Assembly: GCA_026984035.1 (NCBI GenBank)
Contig: JALSSW010000071.1
Coordinates: forward strand, 230 to 64,229
Length of the DNA: 64,000 nt
From: Planctomycetota bacterium
GTDB lineage: Bacteria; Planctomycetota; UBA1135; GCA-002748355
Reading direction: 5' to 3'
The notes below the pieces were generated by a model, which worked only from the letters and a program-made list of their open reading frames with translations, was not told the DNA's origin and did not search any database. Both the position numbers and the translations under genes were made by a program. Shown here piece by piece: positions 44,501 through 53,430 of the stretch; position 1 is the stretch's first letter, and each line of letters starts with the position of its first letter.

Positions 44501-45982
44501 TCAGCTCCCCCCATTCATAAGATCGTAGCGTTCTCCCTCTACAGGCACCGTAACCTCAGAAAAACCCACCTTAAGGAGCTTGTCGCGCAAGGAATAGGAT
44601 GCGTCCTTCTCCCCATGCACCACAAAACACTTCTTGGCACTCCCTGCCAAATGCTTAAGACTTTCGACCAATTCCCTATAATCCGCATGAGCGGAGAGCC
44701 CATTCATTGTCCGCACCTGGCAACGAACCTTCACTTCTTCACGAAAAATGTGAACTTGTTTTTCACCCTCCAAGATTCTCCGGCCCAAGGTATAGGGAGC
44801 CATGAAACCAACGATCAAAATGCAGTCCTCCTTACGAGGAAGAGACCTCAGGAGATGATGCAGGACACGTCCACCTTCGCACATTCCAGATGCAGCAATA
44901 ATTATGCAAGGGTGGTCAATGCGATTCAAAGCCTTACTCTCCTCCACCGAACGCGTAAAATGAATATCCTGGAAATGGAAGGGATCATGCCCCCCCTTGA
45001 TCATCTTCTGGATATCCGCGTCCAAATCATCAAGGTGATTGGCAACCACCGAAGTGGCGGCCCGCGCAAGGGGTGAGTCCACATAGATCGGAATATGAGC
45101 GATCTTGCCCTCGCGGATCAGTTTACCGAAGAGGTAAATCAGGTTCTGGGTACGCCCCACAGCAAAGGCGGGAATAACCAATCGCCCGCCGTCTTCCTGC
45201 TCCTCACGCACGATCTGGACCAGGTCCTTTTCCATCGTTTTCTCATCGGGATGGAGGCGGTTGCCATACGTGGATTCCGTCACCAGGACATCCACATCGG
45301 GCAGAGGATCCGGATCCCTAAGGATGGGCATATTTTTTCGACCATGGTCCCCGGTAAAGGCAATCTTAAATTCCCGGCCACCCTCCTTGAGAGTCACGAC
45401 CACTTCCGCAGATCCAATGATATGACCGGCATCAAGAAACTCGACCTCGATCCCTTCCTCCAACTCAAAAGGCTGGTAGTAATCCTTTGACCGTAAACGC
45501 TGGATTGCTTTGGCACTGTCTTCCAGGGTGTAAAGGGGTTCTATTTCAGGATCCTTTTCCTTTCTGTGCCGATTTAAAAATTCCGCATCTCCCTCTTGGA
45601 TCCTTGCCGAATCCTCCAAAAGGACTGCCGTCAAATCCTTGGTCCCTGGAGTACACCAAACCTTTCCCCGATAGCCTTCTCGAACCAAAATGGGGAGCGC
45701 CCCGGAATGATCGATATGCGCATGGGAGAGCAAAACATAGTCGATCTCCTTAGGGTCAAAGGGGAGATGAAGGTTGGCTTTGCGAGATTTTTCACGCTTC
45801 CCCTGGACCATTCCACAGTCGAAGAGGATGCGAACCCCTCTCCACTCCAAAAGATGCTTGGACCCAGTGACATTGCGGACTGCCCCGAAAAAACGAAAGA
45901 TGGGATGATTCACTTCTCCACCCAGACGCTCTTGGTCCTGATGGTTAATGGGAAGAAGATCAGATTCAGGAACCCGTCCCAA
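44501..45982 (-). CDS. MBL-fold beta-CASP family RNA-metabolising hydrolase (CPSF/RNase J-like)
   Basis: FFGAVRNVTGSKHLL, LLSHAHIDHSGALP (HxHxDH), LVTESTYG, and SAHADYREL at the C-terminus (beta-CASP motif C). An alternative GTG start at 45913 forms a GTGA overlap with the upstream lipoprotein stop. Confidence 0.85.
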   Translation of the reverse strand: MGRVPESDLLPINHQDQERLGGEVNHPIFRFFGAVRNVTGSKHLLEWRGVRILFDCGMVQGKREKSRKANLHLPFDPKEIDYVLLSHAHIDHSGALPILVREGYRGKVWCTPGTKDLTAVLLEDSARIQEGDAEFLNRHRKEKDPEIEPLYTLEDSAKAIQRLRSKDYYQPFELEEGIEVEFLDAGHIIGSAEVVVTLKEGGREFKIAFTGDHGRKNMPILRDPDPLPDVDVLVTESTYGNRLHPDEKTMEKDLVQIVREEQEDGGRLVIPAFAVGRTQNLIYLFGKLIREGKIAHIPIYVDSPLARAATSVVANHLDDLDADIQKMIKGGHDPFHFQDIHFTRSVEESKALNRIDHPCIIIAASGMCEGGRVLHHLLRSLPRKEDCILIVGFMAPYTLGRRILEGEKQVHIFREEVKVRCQVRTMNGLSAHADYRELVESLKHLAGSAKKCFVVHGEKDASYSLRDKLLKVGFSEVTVPVEGERYDLMNGGS

Positions 45983-46200
45983 ATTGTGTATTGAGTCGTC
46001 ACTCGGTAGCTGGTCGCTTTCCCGGCGAGACGCTCAGGATCCAATGTATTCAACTTGCCAAGACCGAAGAGCCAGTACCAGTTCCTCCCATGAACCACTT
46101 CGATCCCCGTGGGACCGGCCCCAACTGTGTGAACCTGGGTCATACAACCGGAAGACCCAAGACAAAGGGCAAGGAGTAGCGCCCAAGACCATCGTTTCAT
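45910..46200 (-). CDS. Bor-family-like small lipoprotein
   Basis: ORF 45910..46254. Likely start is MKRWSWALLLALCLGSSGC (lipobox LGSSGC) at 46200. The mature part can be aligned by eye with lambda Bor (FFVSGIGQ..VD / WYWLFGLGKLNTLD; FVNGLLGFITLGIYTP / IWDGFLNLIFFPLTIR). Confidence 0.55.
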   Translation of the reverse strand: MKRWSWALLLALCLGSSGCMTQVHTVGAGPTGIEVVHGRNWYWLFGLGKLNTLDPERLAGKATSYRVTTQYTIWDGFLNLIFFPLTIRTKSVWVEK

Positions 46201-46360
46201 ACCATGCCTCCAAAGGCTTTCATATGTGGGGAAAAGCTCGCTCGCATTATTCATGACCTCCTCCCATCTACCAGGCGTTTTTGCTCCATGATGGGAAAGC
46301 TCCGGAGAAAAGCGACTTCATGGTTTTTTTTAGGACTGGCGCCCGACAGGATGATTCTGC

Positions 46361-47554
46361 ATGCCTCCCAATATTCTCATCCCTTTGGTTTTTGTCTGCA
46401 GCCTCTTCTTCGCTTGGCTTTTCCTCTTTTTGGCCAAACGAAGGGATCGCCAGGGCTTCCTTTACGAGCGGGCTCCCAGCCTCCCGATCCATGTTCTCGC
46501 AGTGCATGATGACGCATGGATCCACGGGACCATCCAGTCCAAGGCACCCTTGACTTGCCCCTGGTTCCAAACCCCTTGCTGTTGGTTCTCCTACAAAATC
46601 GAAAAAAAGAAGACTCGGATCGTCACCGATTCCAAGGGAAAGACCAGGACCGAGACCTATTGGGACACCATCTACAGCGAACAGGACAGCTGCCCCTTTG
46701 ACCTCGTAGGGGAAAAGGAAAGCATTCGAGTCAGGACCAAAGATTTCGCCATCAAATCCACCATCTCCACCGGCTATGACTACGAATGGGGAAGTCGTCG
46801 CCACAGCGCGCATCTTCTCCCCCTCGGGCAGAAAGTCACGATTCTGGGAGTCAAACTCGAGGACCAAAGCTTTGGCAAATTGGGGCAGATCCCATGCTTG
46901 ATCACGTTTCAGACGAGGGAAGCCTTTGTTCGAGGGACCGATCAAGGGGAAAAATGGTACCGCCGCATCGGATTCTTTTTCCTTTTCCTTGGGGGAGGAG
47001 GAACGGGTGCTCTGCTTACGAAGGCTCAAAGTGGAAGAGTGGACTGGGTACTCGCAATCACTGCGGGTGCTGCGCTTCTTACTCCTTTTTGGTTCTGGTC
47101 AACCTATAACCGATTTATCCAGAGGCGGCAGCAGGTGGAGGCTGCTTGGAGCCAGATCGACGTTGATTTGGGAGTGCGGTTTGATTTAATCCCCCAACTC
47201 GTGTCGGTCGTTAAGGGTTATCAGAAGCATGAGAGGCGGACTCTCGAGGAATTGAGTCGCATCCGGGCGGGAAAAACCATCCAGGAAAAGATCCAGGGCG
47301 ATCAAGCCGCCTCCCGGTTGAGTCAGAGCCTCTTGGCCTTGAAGGAGGCATATCCAAACCTACAGGCAAATGAACAGTTCCAAGCGCTTCATGAAAAGCT
47401 TGTGGGCCTTGAGGAGAAACTTGCCACCAGCCGAAGGCTCTACAACAAGGTCACAAAGGAGTGGAATGACCTCTGCCAGGGCTTTCCCAGTGTTCTGCTT
47501 GCCCTTCCCTTTGGATTTAAGCCTAAACCCTTCTTTAACCAGCATGATTCATGA
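46361..47554 (+). CDS. Fusion protein: GIDE-like two-TM domain + LemA domain
   Basis: 397 aa. The N-terminal part is TM (ILIPLVFVCSLFFAWLFLFLA), then a beta domain (IHGTIQSKAPLTCPWFQTPCCWFSYKIE...CPFDLVGEKESIRV), then a second TM. A TM plus LemA core follows: YNRFIQRRQQVEAAWSQIDVDLGVRFDLIPQLVSVVKGYQKHE. Confidence 0.7.
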   Translation: MPPNILIPLVFVCSLFFAWLFLFLAKRRDRQGFLYERAPSLPIHVLAVHDDAWIHGTIQSKAPLTCPWFQTPCCWFSYKIEKKKTRIVTDSKGKTRTETYWDTIYSEQDSCPFDLVGEKESIRVRTKDFAIKSTISTGYDYEWGSRRHSAHLLPLGQKVTILGVKLEDQSFGKLGQIPCLITFQTREAFVRGTDQGEKWYRRIGFFFLFLGGGGTGALLTKAQSGRVDWVLAITAGAALLTPFWFWSTYNRFIQRRQQVEAAWSQIDVDLGVRFDLIPQLVSVVKGYQKHERRTLEELSRIRAGKTIQEKIQGDQAASRLSQSLLALKEAYPNLQANEQFQALHEKLVGLEEKLATSRRLYNKVTKEWNDLCQGFPSVLLALPFGFKPKPFFNQHDS

Positions 47555-47654
47555 CCTTGCGCCCAGGAATCAAGGGGACCTGCTATGAAAAATGTAGGCC
47601 GAAGGCCGTTTCCGGGTTACAATCCTTCGCTTTTCCCTCTCGCGAGGAGAAAGC

Positions 47655-49115
47655 ATGGAACATAAAATTTTGGGTGAAGGCCTCACCTTTGACGACGTCC
47701 TGGTCGTCCCGCGAAAGACAGAAATCCTGCCTCGCGACGTCGATACGAGCACCAAAATAACGAGAGAGATCCGTATCGAAATTCCCCTTGTTTCCGCCGC
47801 AATGGACACGGTAACCGAATCTCGACTCGCGATTGCCCTGGCTCAGGAAGGAGGAATCGGCATCATCCATAAAAACTTGAGCCTTGAGGGACAAATCCTC
47901 GAAGTGGACCGCGTCAAACGATCCGCGAATGGGGTGATCCGCGATCCTGTTACCCTCTCACCGGATGCCACAGCGAAGGAAGCCAAGGCATCCCTTCGCC
48001 AACACAAGATCTCCGGCCTCCCCGTGGTCGATGAAAACAATCTGGTCCTTGGAATCCTTACAGCCCGAGACCTCCGCTTCCAAACCGGGAGCGACACCAA
48101 AGTCGCCGACCTGATGACCCGCAAGGTCATCACAGCCCCCCCCACAACGACTCTTGAGGAAGCAAAAGAAATTCTGCACGACCATAAAGTCGAGAAATTG
48201 GTCCTCGTGGATCAAGGGGGGCACTTGGCGGGGCTCATCACCATTAAAGATATCAACCTGACCGAGACCTTCCCGAACGCTTGCCGGGACGGGCGGGGAC
48301 GGCTCCGGGTGGGGGCAGCAGTGGGCGTCCACGACTATGAACGAATTGAGCGTCTGATTGAGGCCGGGGTGGATCTTGTTGTCGTCGATACGGCCCATGG
48401 CCACAGCAAGAATGTTCTCGATACGGTCCGGGAAATCAAAAAACGGCACAACCTCCAAGTTGTTGCCGGCAACATCGCCACTGCGGATGCGGCCCGCGAT
48501 CTGATCGAAGCCGGGGTGGATGGAATCAAGGTTGGGATCGGTCCGGGCTCCATCTGCACGACACGAATTATTGCGGGCATTGGCGTCCCTCAGCTCACCG
48601 CTGTGTATGAATGTTCTAAAGTGGCCGAACAATACGGAGTCCCGGTCATCGCGGATGGGGGGATACGGCAGAGCGGAGACGCAGTCAAGGCGATCGTCGG
48701 AGGCGCTTCCTGCGTCATGATCGGGAGCCTGTTTGCAGGCCTGGAAGAATCTCCAGGTGAACTCATCCACTACCAGGGGAGGACCTTCAAGGCAGTCAGA
48801 GGGATGGGAAGCCTCGGCGCCATGGTCCAGGGCAGCAAAGATCGCTACGCCCAAGAGGACGTCACAGAAAGGGACAAGCTTGTTCCGGAGGGGGTCGAGG
48901 GGATGGTGCCCTACAAGGGACGGCTTTCGGGCTACGTCTATCAATTCGTTGGGGGCATCCGGAGCGCCATGGGCTATACAGGAACAAAGAACATCGAAGA
49001 TCTCCAAAAAGAGGCCAAGTTCGTCCGGGTCTCCTCGGCAGGCCTTCAAGAATCCCATCCCCACGATATTCAAATCACCAAAGAAGCTCCGAACTACTTC
49101 GGCAAAGGGCTTTAG
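47655..49115 (+). CDS. guaB: IMP dehydrogenase
   Basis: [10 protein letters not shown], a CBS pair region, [20 protein letters not shown] (catalytic Cys loop) and [10 protein letters not shown]. Length is 486 aa. Confidence 0.95.
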   Translation: MEHKILGEGLTFDDVLVVPRKTEILPRDVDTSTKITREIRIEIPLVSAAMDTVTESRLAIALAQEGGIGIIHKNLSLEGQILEVDRVKRSANGVIRDPVTLSPDATAKEAKASLRQHKISGLPVVDENNLVLGILTARDLRFQTGSDTKVADLMTRKVITAPPTTTLEEAKEILHDHKVEKLVLVDQGGHLAGLITIKDINLTETFPNACRDGRGRLRVGAAVGVHDYERIERLIEAGVDLVVVDTAHGHSKNVLDTVREIKKRHNLQVVAGNIATADAARDLIEAGVDGIKVGIGPGSICTTRIIAGIGVPQLTAVYECSKVAEQYGVPVIADGGIRQSGDAVKAIVGGASCVMIGSLFAGLEESPGELIHYQGRTFKAVRGMGSLGAMVQGSKDRYAQEDVTERDKLVPEGVEGMVPYKGRLSGYVYQFVGGIRSAMGYTGTKNIEDLQKEAKFVRVSSAGLQESHPHDIQITKEAPNYFGKGL

Positions 49116-49129
49116 ACTTCAGGAAGCAG

Positions 49130-50695
49130 ATGGAGACCAAAAACCACAAAGGAGTGCTGATTGTCGATTTTGGGACCCAGTACTGCCAACTGATCGCCCG
49201 CCGCATTCGAGAGCAGGGGATCTTCTCGAGGATTACCGTGCCAAGCCGAGCGACCGAAGCTCTTTCGGACGGCAACTTCGGCGCCATCATTCTCTCTGGG
49301 GGACCCCAATCGGTTTATGAAGAAGGGGCTCCAAGCCTTGATTCAGAAATCTTGAACAAAGGCATCCCCATTCTCGGCATCTGTTATGGGATGCAATGGA
49401 CGGTGCAAGCTCTCTCCGGCAAGGTCGCCCCCGCCGCCCTCAAAGCCGCGCGCGAATATGGACATGCCGAACTGAGCATAAGCGATGCACCCGGACCCCT
49501 CTTCGAGGGAGTGGAAAACCCTACGAGAGTTTGGATGAGCCATGGAGACCAAGTCGAGATTCTCCCCGAAGGTTTTTCGGTAAGTGGCTCCACTGAAACT
49601 TGCGCCATTGCAGCGGCCTACAACGAAACCCAAAGGATCTATCTTCTCCAGTTCCACCCGGAAGTAAGCCACAGCATCGAAGGACAGACCATCCTTCGTA
49701 ATTTTCTTTTCCAGGCAGCGGGCTTGCACGCAGATTGGACTCCCGGCTCCATCGTGGAAGAGACTGTTTCCGAACTGCGCGCCCAAATTGGGGAGGCAGG
49801 AGAGGTCATCCTGGGTCTTTCCGGCGGAGTCGACTCTTCTGTTGCCTCCGTTCTGATCCAGAGGGCCATTGGTAAGCGCTTACATTGCATCTTTGTCGAT
49901 AACGGCTTATTGAGGGCAGGAGAGCGAGAAGCTGTAGAAACCCTGTTCGCGCGCAATTTTGATATGGACCTCCACGTGGTCGACGCGCAGGCTCGTTTTC
50001 TGAACGCACTCAAGGGGGTCACCGATCCTGAACGAAAGCGCAAGATCATTGGGCGCGTCTTCGTCGAAGTCTTCGAGGAGGCCAAGCGGGAGTTTCCCCG
50101 TGCCCATTTTCTGGGCCAGGGGACCCTTTATCCTGATGTGATTGAGTCGGTAGCAGCCCACGGAGGGGCTACATCTGTCATCAAATCCCATCACAACGTT
50201 GGCGGCCTGCCCGAAGAAATGGAGATGGAACTTGTGGAACCTCTCCGCAACCTCTTTAAGGACGAGGTCCGGGCAATCGGCCACAGCATGGGGCTTCCTC
50301 CGGAAGTCATCGATCGACAGCCCTTCCCGGGACCAGGCCTGGCAGTCCGAATCCTTGGAGAAGTGACTGAAAACCGCTGCGAAATCCTTCGCCAGGCTGA
50401 CCATATCTTCACGACCGAGGTCGAAGCCGAAGGCCTCCACAAATCGCTTTGGCAATATTTCGCCGTCCTCCTTCCTGTGAGAAGCGTCGGGGTCATGGGG
50501 GACGCCCGCACCTATGAATTCCCCGTTGTCTTACGGGCTGTTGAGAGCCAAGACGCAATGACTGCGGATTGGGCATCTTTACCTCCGGAACTCCTGCGAC
50601 GTGTCAGCAACCGGATTATTAACGAAGTACCCCAAGTCAACCGCGTAACACTCGACATCACCAGTAAACCCCCGGGAACCATCGAATGGGAATAA
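49130..50695 (+). CDS. guaA: GMP synthase (glutamine-hydrolysing)
   Basis: The GATase domain has ILGICYGMQ and LQFHPEV. The ATP-PPase P-loop is GLSGGVDSSV. The C-terminus KPPGTIEWE is canonical. Confidence 0.95.
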   Translation: METKNHKGVLIVDFGTQYCQLIARRIREQGIFSRITVPSRATEALSDGNFGAIILSGGPQSVYEEGAPSLDSEILNKGIPILGICYGMQWTVQALSGKVAPAALKAAREYGHAELSISDAPGPLFEGVENPTRVWMSHGDQVEILPEGFSVSGSTETCAIAAAYNETQRIYLLQFHPEVSHSIEGQTILRNFLFQAAGLHADWTPGSIVEETVSELRAQIGEAGEVILGLSGGVDSSVASVLIQRAIGKRLHCIFVDNGLLRAGEREAVETLFARNFDMDLHVVDAQARFLNALKGVTDPERKRKIIGRVFVEVFEEAKREFPRAHFLGQGTLYPDVIESVAAHGGATSVIKSHHNVGGLPEEMEMELVEPLRNLFKDEVRAIGHSMGLPPEVIDRQPFPGPGLAVRILGEVTENRCEILRQADHIFTTEVEAEGLHKSLWQYFAVLLPVRSVGVMGDARTYEFPVVLRAVESQDAMTADWASLPPELLRRVSNRIINEVPQVNRVTLDITSKPPGTIEWE

Positions 50696-51660
50696 ACCTT
50701 TCTGAGCCAGCTCTCTCCGAGGGTTTTCCGCAAGGAGAACCTTCGTATGCACTCGAGGTCCGCCATGTTACAAAGCGTTTTGGAGGATTTACGGCAGTCT
50801 CCGATCTGTCCATGAAAGTTCCCAAGGGGAGCATCTATGGCTTCCTCGGTCCAAACGGCTCTGGAAAAACAACCACCATGCGGATGATCATGTCGATCTT
50901 CTATCCCGACGAGGGAGAGATCCGCGTCCTAGGACATAGCGACGCGGCGGAGGTCAAAGACCGCCTTGGGTACCTCCCGGAAGAAAAGGGACTCTACAAA
51001 AAAATGAAGGTCCGAGAGATCGTCGCCTATTTTGGACGACTCAAGGGGCTCCCCAAAAAACAGGCTTTCGAGAGGGCAACCCAACTCCTCACCGAATACG
51101 GCCTGGGAGATTGGCTGGACACCCGATGTGAAGCCATGTCCAAAGGAATGGGACAGAAGGTCCAGCTCCTCGGAACCCTTGTCCACGATCCCGACCTCGT
51201 CATCCTCGATGAACCCTTCAGCGGTCTCGACCCCATCAACATGGAGTTGATGCGAGACACAATCTTGGCTCTCAAAAAACAGGGGAAAACCGTCCTCTTT
51301 TCCACACACGTCATGGCCCAGGCCGAAGAAATCTGCGACTCCATCCTTCTCATCTACAAAGGACAGGCAAAGATTGACGGGCCCCTTTCTCAAATCCGTG
51401 GAAGCGGCCATCGGGCTATCCGCCTGGAGTTTGAAGGGGACGGGTCCTTCCTCGCCAAAGACCCCCTTGTCGACCACCTGAACCAAACTCCCAACAGCGC
51501 AGAAGTCTTTTTAAAACCCGAAGCAGACCCTCAGGAATTCCTAAAACAAATCGTCAACAAACTCAAAATCCGGCGTTTCGACATGCGAGACCCATCGCTC
51601 CACGAAATTTATGTCCGCACGATCGGCCCCGAAGCTGCAAAGGAGTTCGGCCATGTCTAA
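50686..51660 (+). CDS. ABC transporter ATP-binding protein (NatA/ABC-2 type)
   Basis: Walker A GPNGSGKTT, signature SKGMGQKV, Walker B LVILDEPFSGLD. The start overlaps the guaA stop by 10 nt. Confidence 0.85.
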   Translation: MGINLSEPALSEGFPQGEPSYALEVRHVTKRFGGFTAVSDLSMKVPKGSIYGFLGPNGSGKTTTMRMIMSIFYPDEGEIRVLGHSDAAEVKDRLGYLPEEKGLYKKMKVREIVAYFGRLKGLPKKQAFERATQLLTEYGLGDWLDTRCEAMSKGMGQKVQLLGTLVHDPDLVILDEPFSGLDPINMELMRDTILALKKQGKTVLFSTHVMAQAEEICDSILLIYKGQAKIDGPLSQIRGSGHRAIRLEFEGDGSFLAKDPLVDHLNQTPNSAEVFLKPEADPQEFLKQIVNKLKIRRFDMRDPSLHEIYVRTIGPEAAKEFGHV

Positions 51661-53365
51661 GCGCAAAGGAAAGGCGAAGCTGGTCGCCCAACGCGAGATC
51701 CTCGAAAATGTCCGCACAAAAACCTTTTGGATCGGGATTCTCTCTTTTCCTGTCATCCTGGTTGCCTCCATCCTGATCCCTACCTGGTTTCAGAAGAAGG
51801 TCGATATCCGGACTTTCGGAGTAGAGGACCACTCCGGCTGGCTTCTCTCCGCCATTGAAAAACGGCTCGAGATGCCCAACTTCGAAGCCCTCGCAAAACT
51901 CCTCCAAGCAAAAAGCCCTTCCGAAGATCCACAAGACCTTTCAAAGGAGAATCTCCCAGAGCCCCCAAAAGTCTCCATCCCCAAGGATCTCCGAGAAAGC
52001 ACCCTGGGCAAATTCCTGACAGCCTTCACCCAAATGTCTGCGAAAGCTGCCAAGGGTACGAATGGAAGCAATGAAAACGCTGTAGAAAAACAAAACCTCA
52101 ACACACTTCTTCTGAATCTCCTCGATACCTTGGAATCCACCGACATCGGATCCCTCCTCTCGCATATCCCCATTGCCCTCCCCATCCCCAAGGGCAAAGC
52201 AAAGGAGGGCTTGAAACTCTTCCTGCGCAATATGCGAAATGACATCGCAAAGTTTAACGACTGGATCAAGACCCTTCCCGAAGAAGAGGCTGCAAAACTC
52301 AAGAATCCCCACAACACGAGCAAATTCCAACTCGTTACCAAAGGGCCGGAAGAACAGCTCAAAGAACAGCTCAAGAAGGAAAAAATCTTCGCCTACTTCG
52401 TCATCGGCAAAGACCCCGTCAAGGGAGACGAGGGGAACAAGTACATCTCCAACAACCTTACGGACCAAGGACTGAGACGTTGGTTCAGCAATCTTGCCAA
52501 TGGCATCGTCGCAGCCAAGCGGATCCAAAAACTGGGCATCTCCCCTGAAAAGGCTGCATGGCTTCAAACTCCTGTTAAGTTTGCTCCCAAGAAATTGGAC
52601 GAGGCGGGAAACGAAGCCGAAGTCGCAAGCAAGGACATCGCCCTCAAATGGGCACCCGTCGCCTTTGTTTATCTCCTCTGGATCTCGGTCTTCATGATGG
52701 CCCAAATGATGTTGACCAATACCATCGAAGAAAAATCCAACCGAATCATCGAGGTTCTTCTCTCCTCCATTTCACCCCTTGAACTCATGACGGGCAAGAT
52801 CATCGGGATTGCCATCACCGGCCTCATGGTCGTTGGATCTTGGGCACTCTTCTTTGCTCTGGGCATCTACTTGTTACCCACATTTTTCCCACAATCCAGT
52901 GGGATCATCTCCTCCCTTGGTCTCGGCTCCATCCTGTCCAACCCAGCCTACCTGGCTTCGTTCATCATTTACTTTGTCCTGGGGTTCCTGCTCTACGCTT
53001 CCGTTCTCGGAGGGATCGGCTCTGTTTGTAACAGCCTGAAAGAAGCTCAGAACCTGCAACAGCCGGTCATTCTCATCCTGATCATCCCCCTCCTCGCAAT
53101 GATGCCCATCGCCTCCGACCCTAATGGGACTCTTGCCAGAGTCCTCTCCTTTATCCCGCCTTTTACACCCTTTGTGATGATGAACCGAGCCGGAGGTCCG
53201 CCCGCAACCTGGGAATACGCCTTAACTTCTGTCCTCCTTCTCTTCACCGTCTGGCTCACCTTCCGGGGTGCTGCCAAAATCTTCCGCATCGGCATCCTGA
53301 TGACCGGAAAACCCCCCAAGCTCCGGGAGATGCTCCATTGGCTCCGTGCCCCAGTGAATCGGTGA
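51653..53365 (+). CDS. ABC-2 type permease (NatB-like) with large extracytoplasmic loop
   Basis: ORF 51611..53365. The start MSKRKGKAKLVAQREILENVRTKTFWIG at 51653 overlaps the ATPase stop by 8 nt. There is one TM, a ~330-aa loop, then five C-terminal TM segments. Confidence 0.75.
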   Translation: MSKRKGKAKLVAQREILENVRTKTFWIGILSFPVILVASILIPTWFQKKVDIRTFGVEDHSGWLLSAIEKRLEMPNFEALAKLLQAKSPSEDPQDLSKENLPEPPKVSIPKDLRESTLGKFLTAFTQMSAKAAKGTNGSNENAVEKQNLNTLLLNLLDTLESTDIGSLLSHIPIALPIPKGKAKEGLKLFLRNMRNDIAKFNDWIKTLPEEEAAKLKNPHNTSKFQLVTKGPEEQLKEQLKKEKIFAYFVIGKDPVKGDEGNKYISNNLTDQGLRRWFSNLANGIVAAKRIQKLGISPEKAAWLQTPVKFAPKKLDEAGNEAEVASKDIALKWAPVAFVYLLWISVFMMAQMMLTNTIEEKSNRIIEVLLSSISPLELMTGKIIGIAITGLMVVGSWALFFALGIYLLPTFFPQSSGIISSLGLGSILSNPAYLASFIIYFVLGFLLYASVLGGIGSVCNSLKEAQNLQQPVILILIIPLLAMMPIASDPNGTLARVLSFIPPFTPFVMMNRAGGPPATWEYALTSVLLLFTVWLTFRGAAKIFRIGILMTGKPPKLREMLHWLRAPVNR

Positions 53366-53430
53366 AAGGCATGAACATGGATCAAAGAACCAAAAAACAA
53401 TGTTGGTAAAGGACGACAAATCCAGAACCA

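Noticed and set aside
46268-47029. 253-aa minus-strand ORF overlapping the GIDE-LemA gene.
   Set aside because: The plus-strand frame continues without interruption into a clear LemA domain and has sensible TM helices. The minus-strand product has no motif and no plausible start context.
47590-47625. TACAAT -10-like hexamer and GGCCgaaGGCC mini-hairpin upstream of guaB.
   Set aside because: The -35 match is poor (TAGGCC at 17-bp spacing), the hairpin stem is only 4 bp, and the promoter consensus of this lineage is unknown to me.
47958-49073. 371-aa ORF antisense to guaB.
   Set aside because: It lies entirely inside a gene with unambiguous IMP dehydrogenase motifs on the other strand. Its translation is Gly/Asp/Pro/Arg-rich with no motifs, which is typical of a shadow ORF of a GC-rich gene.
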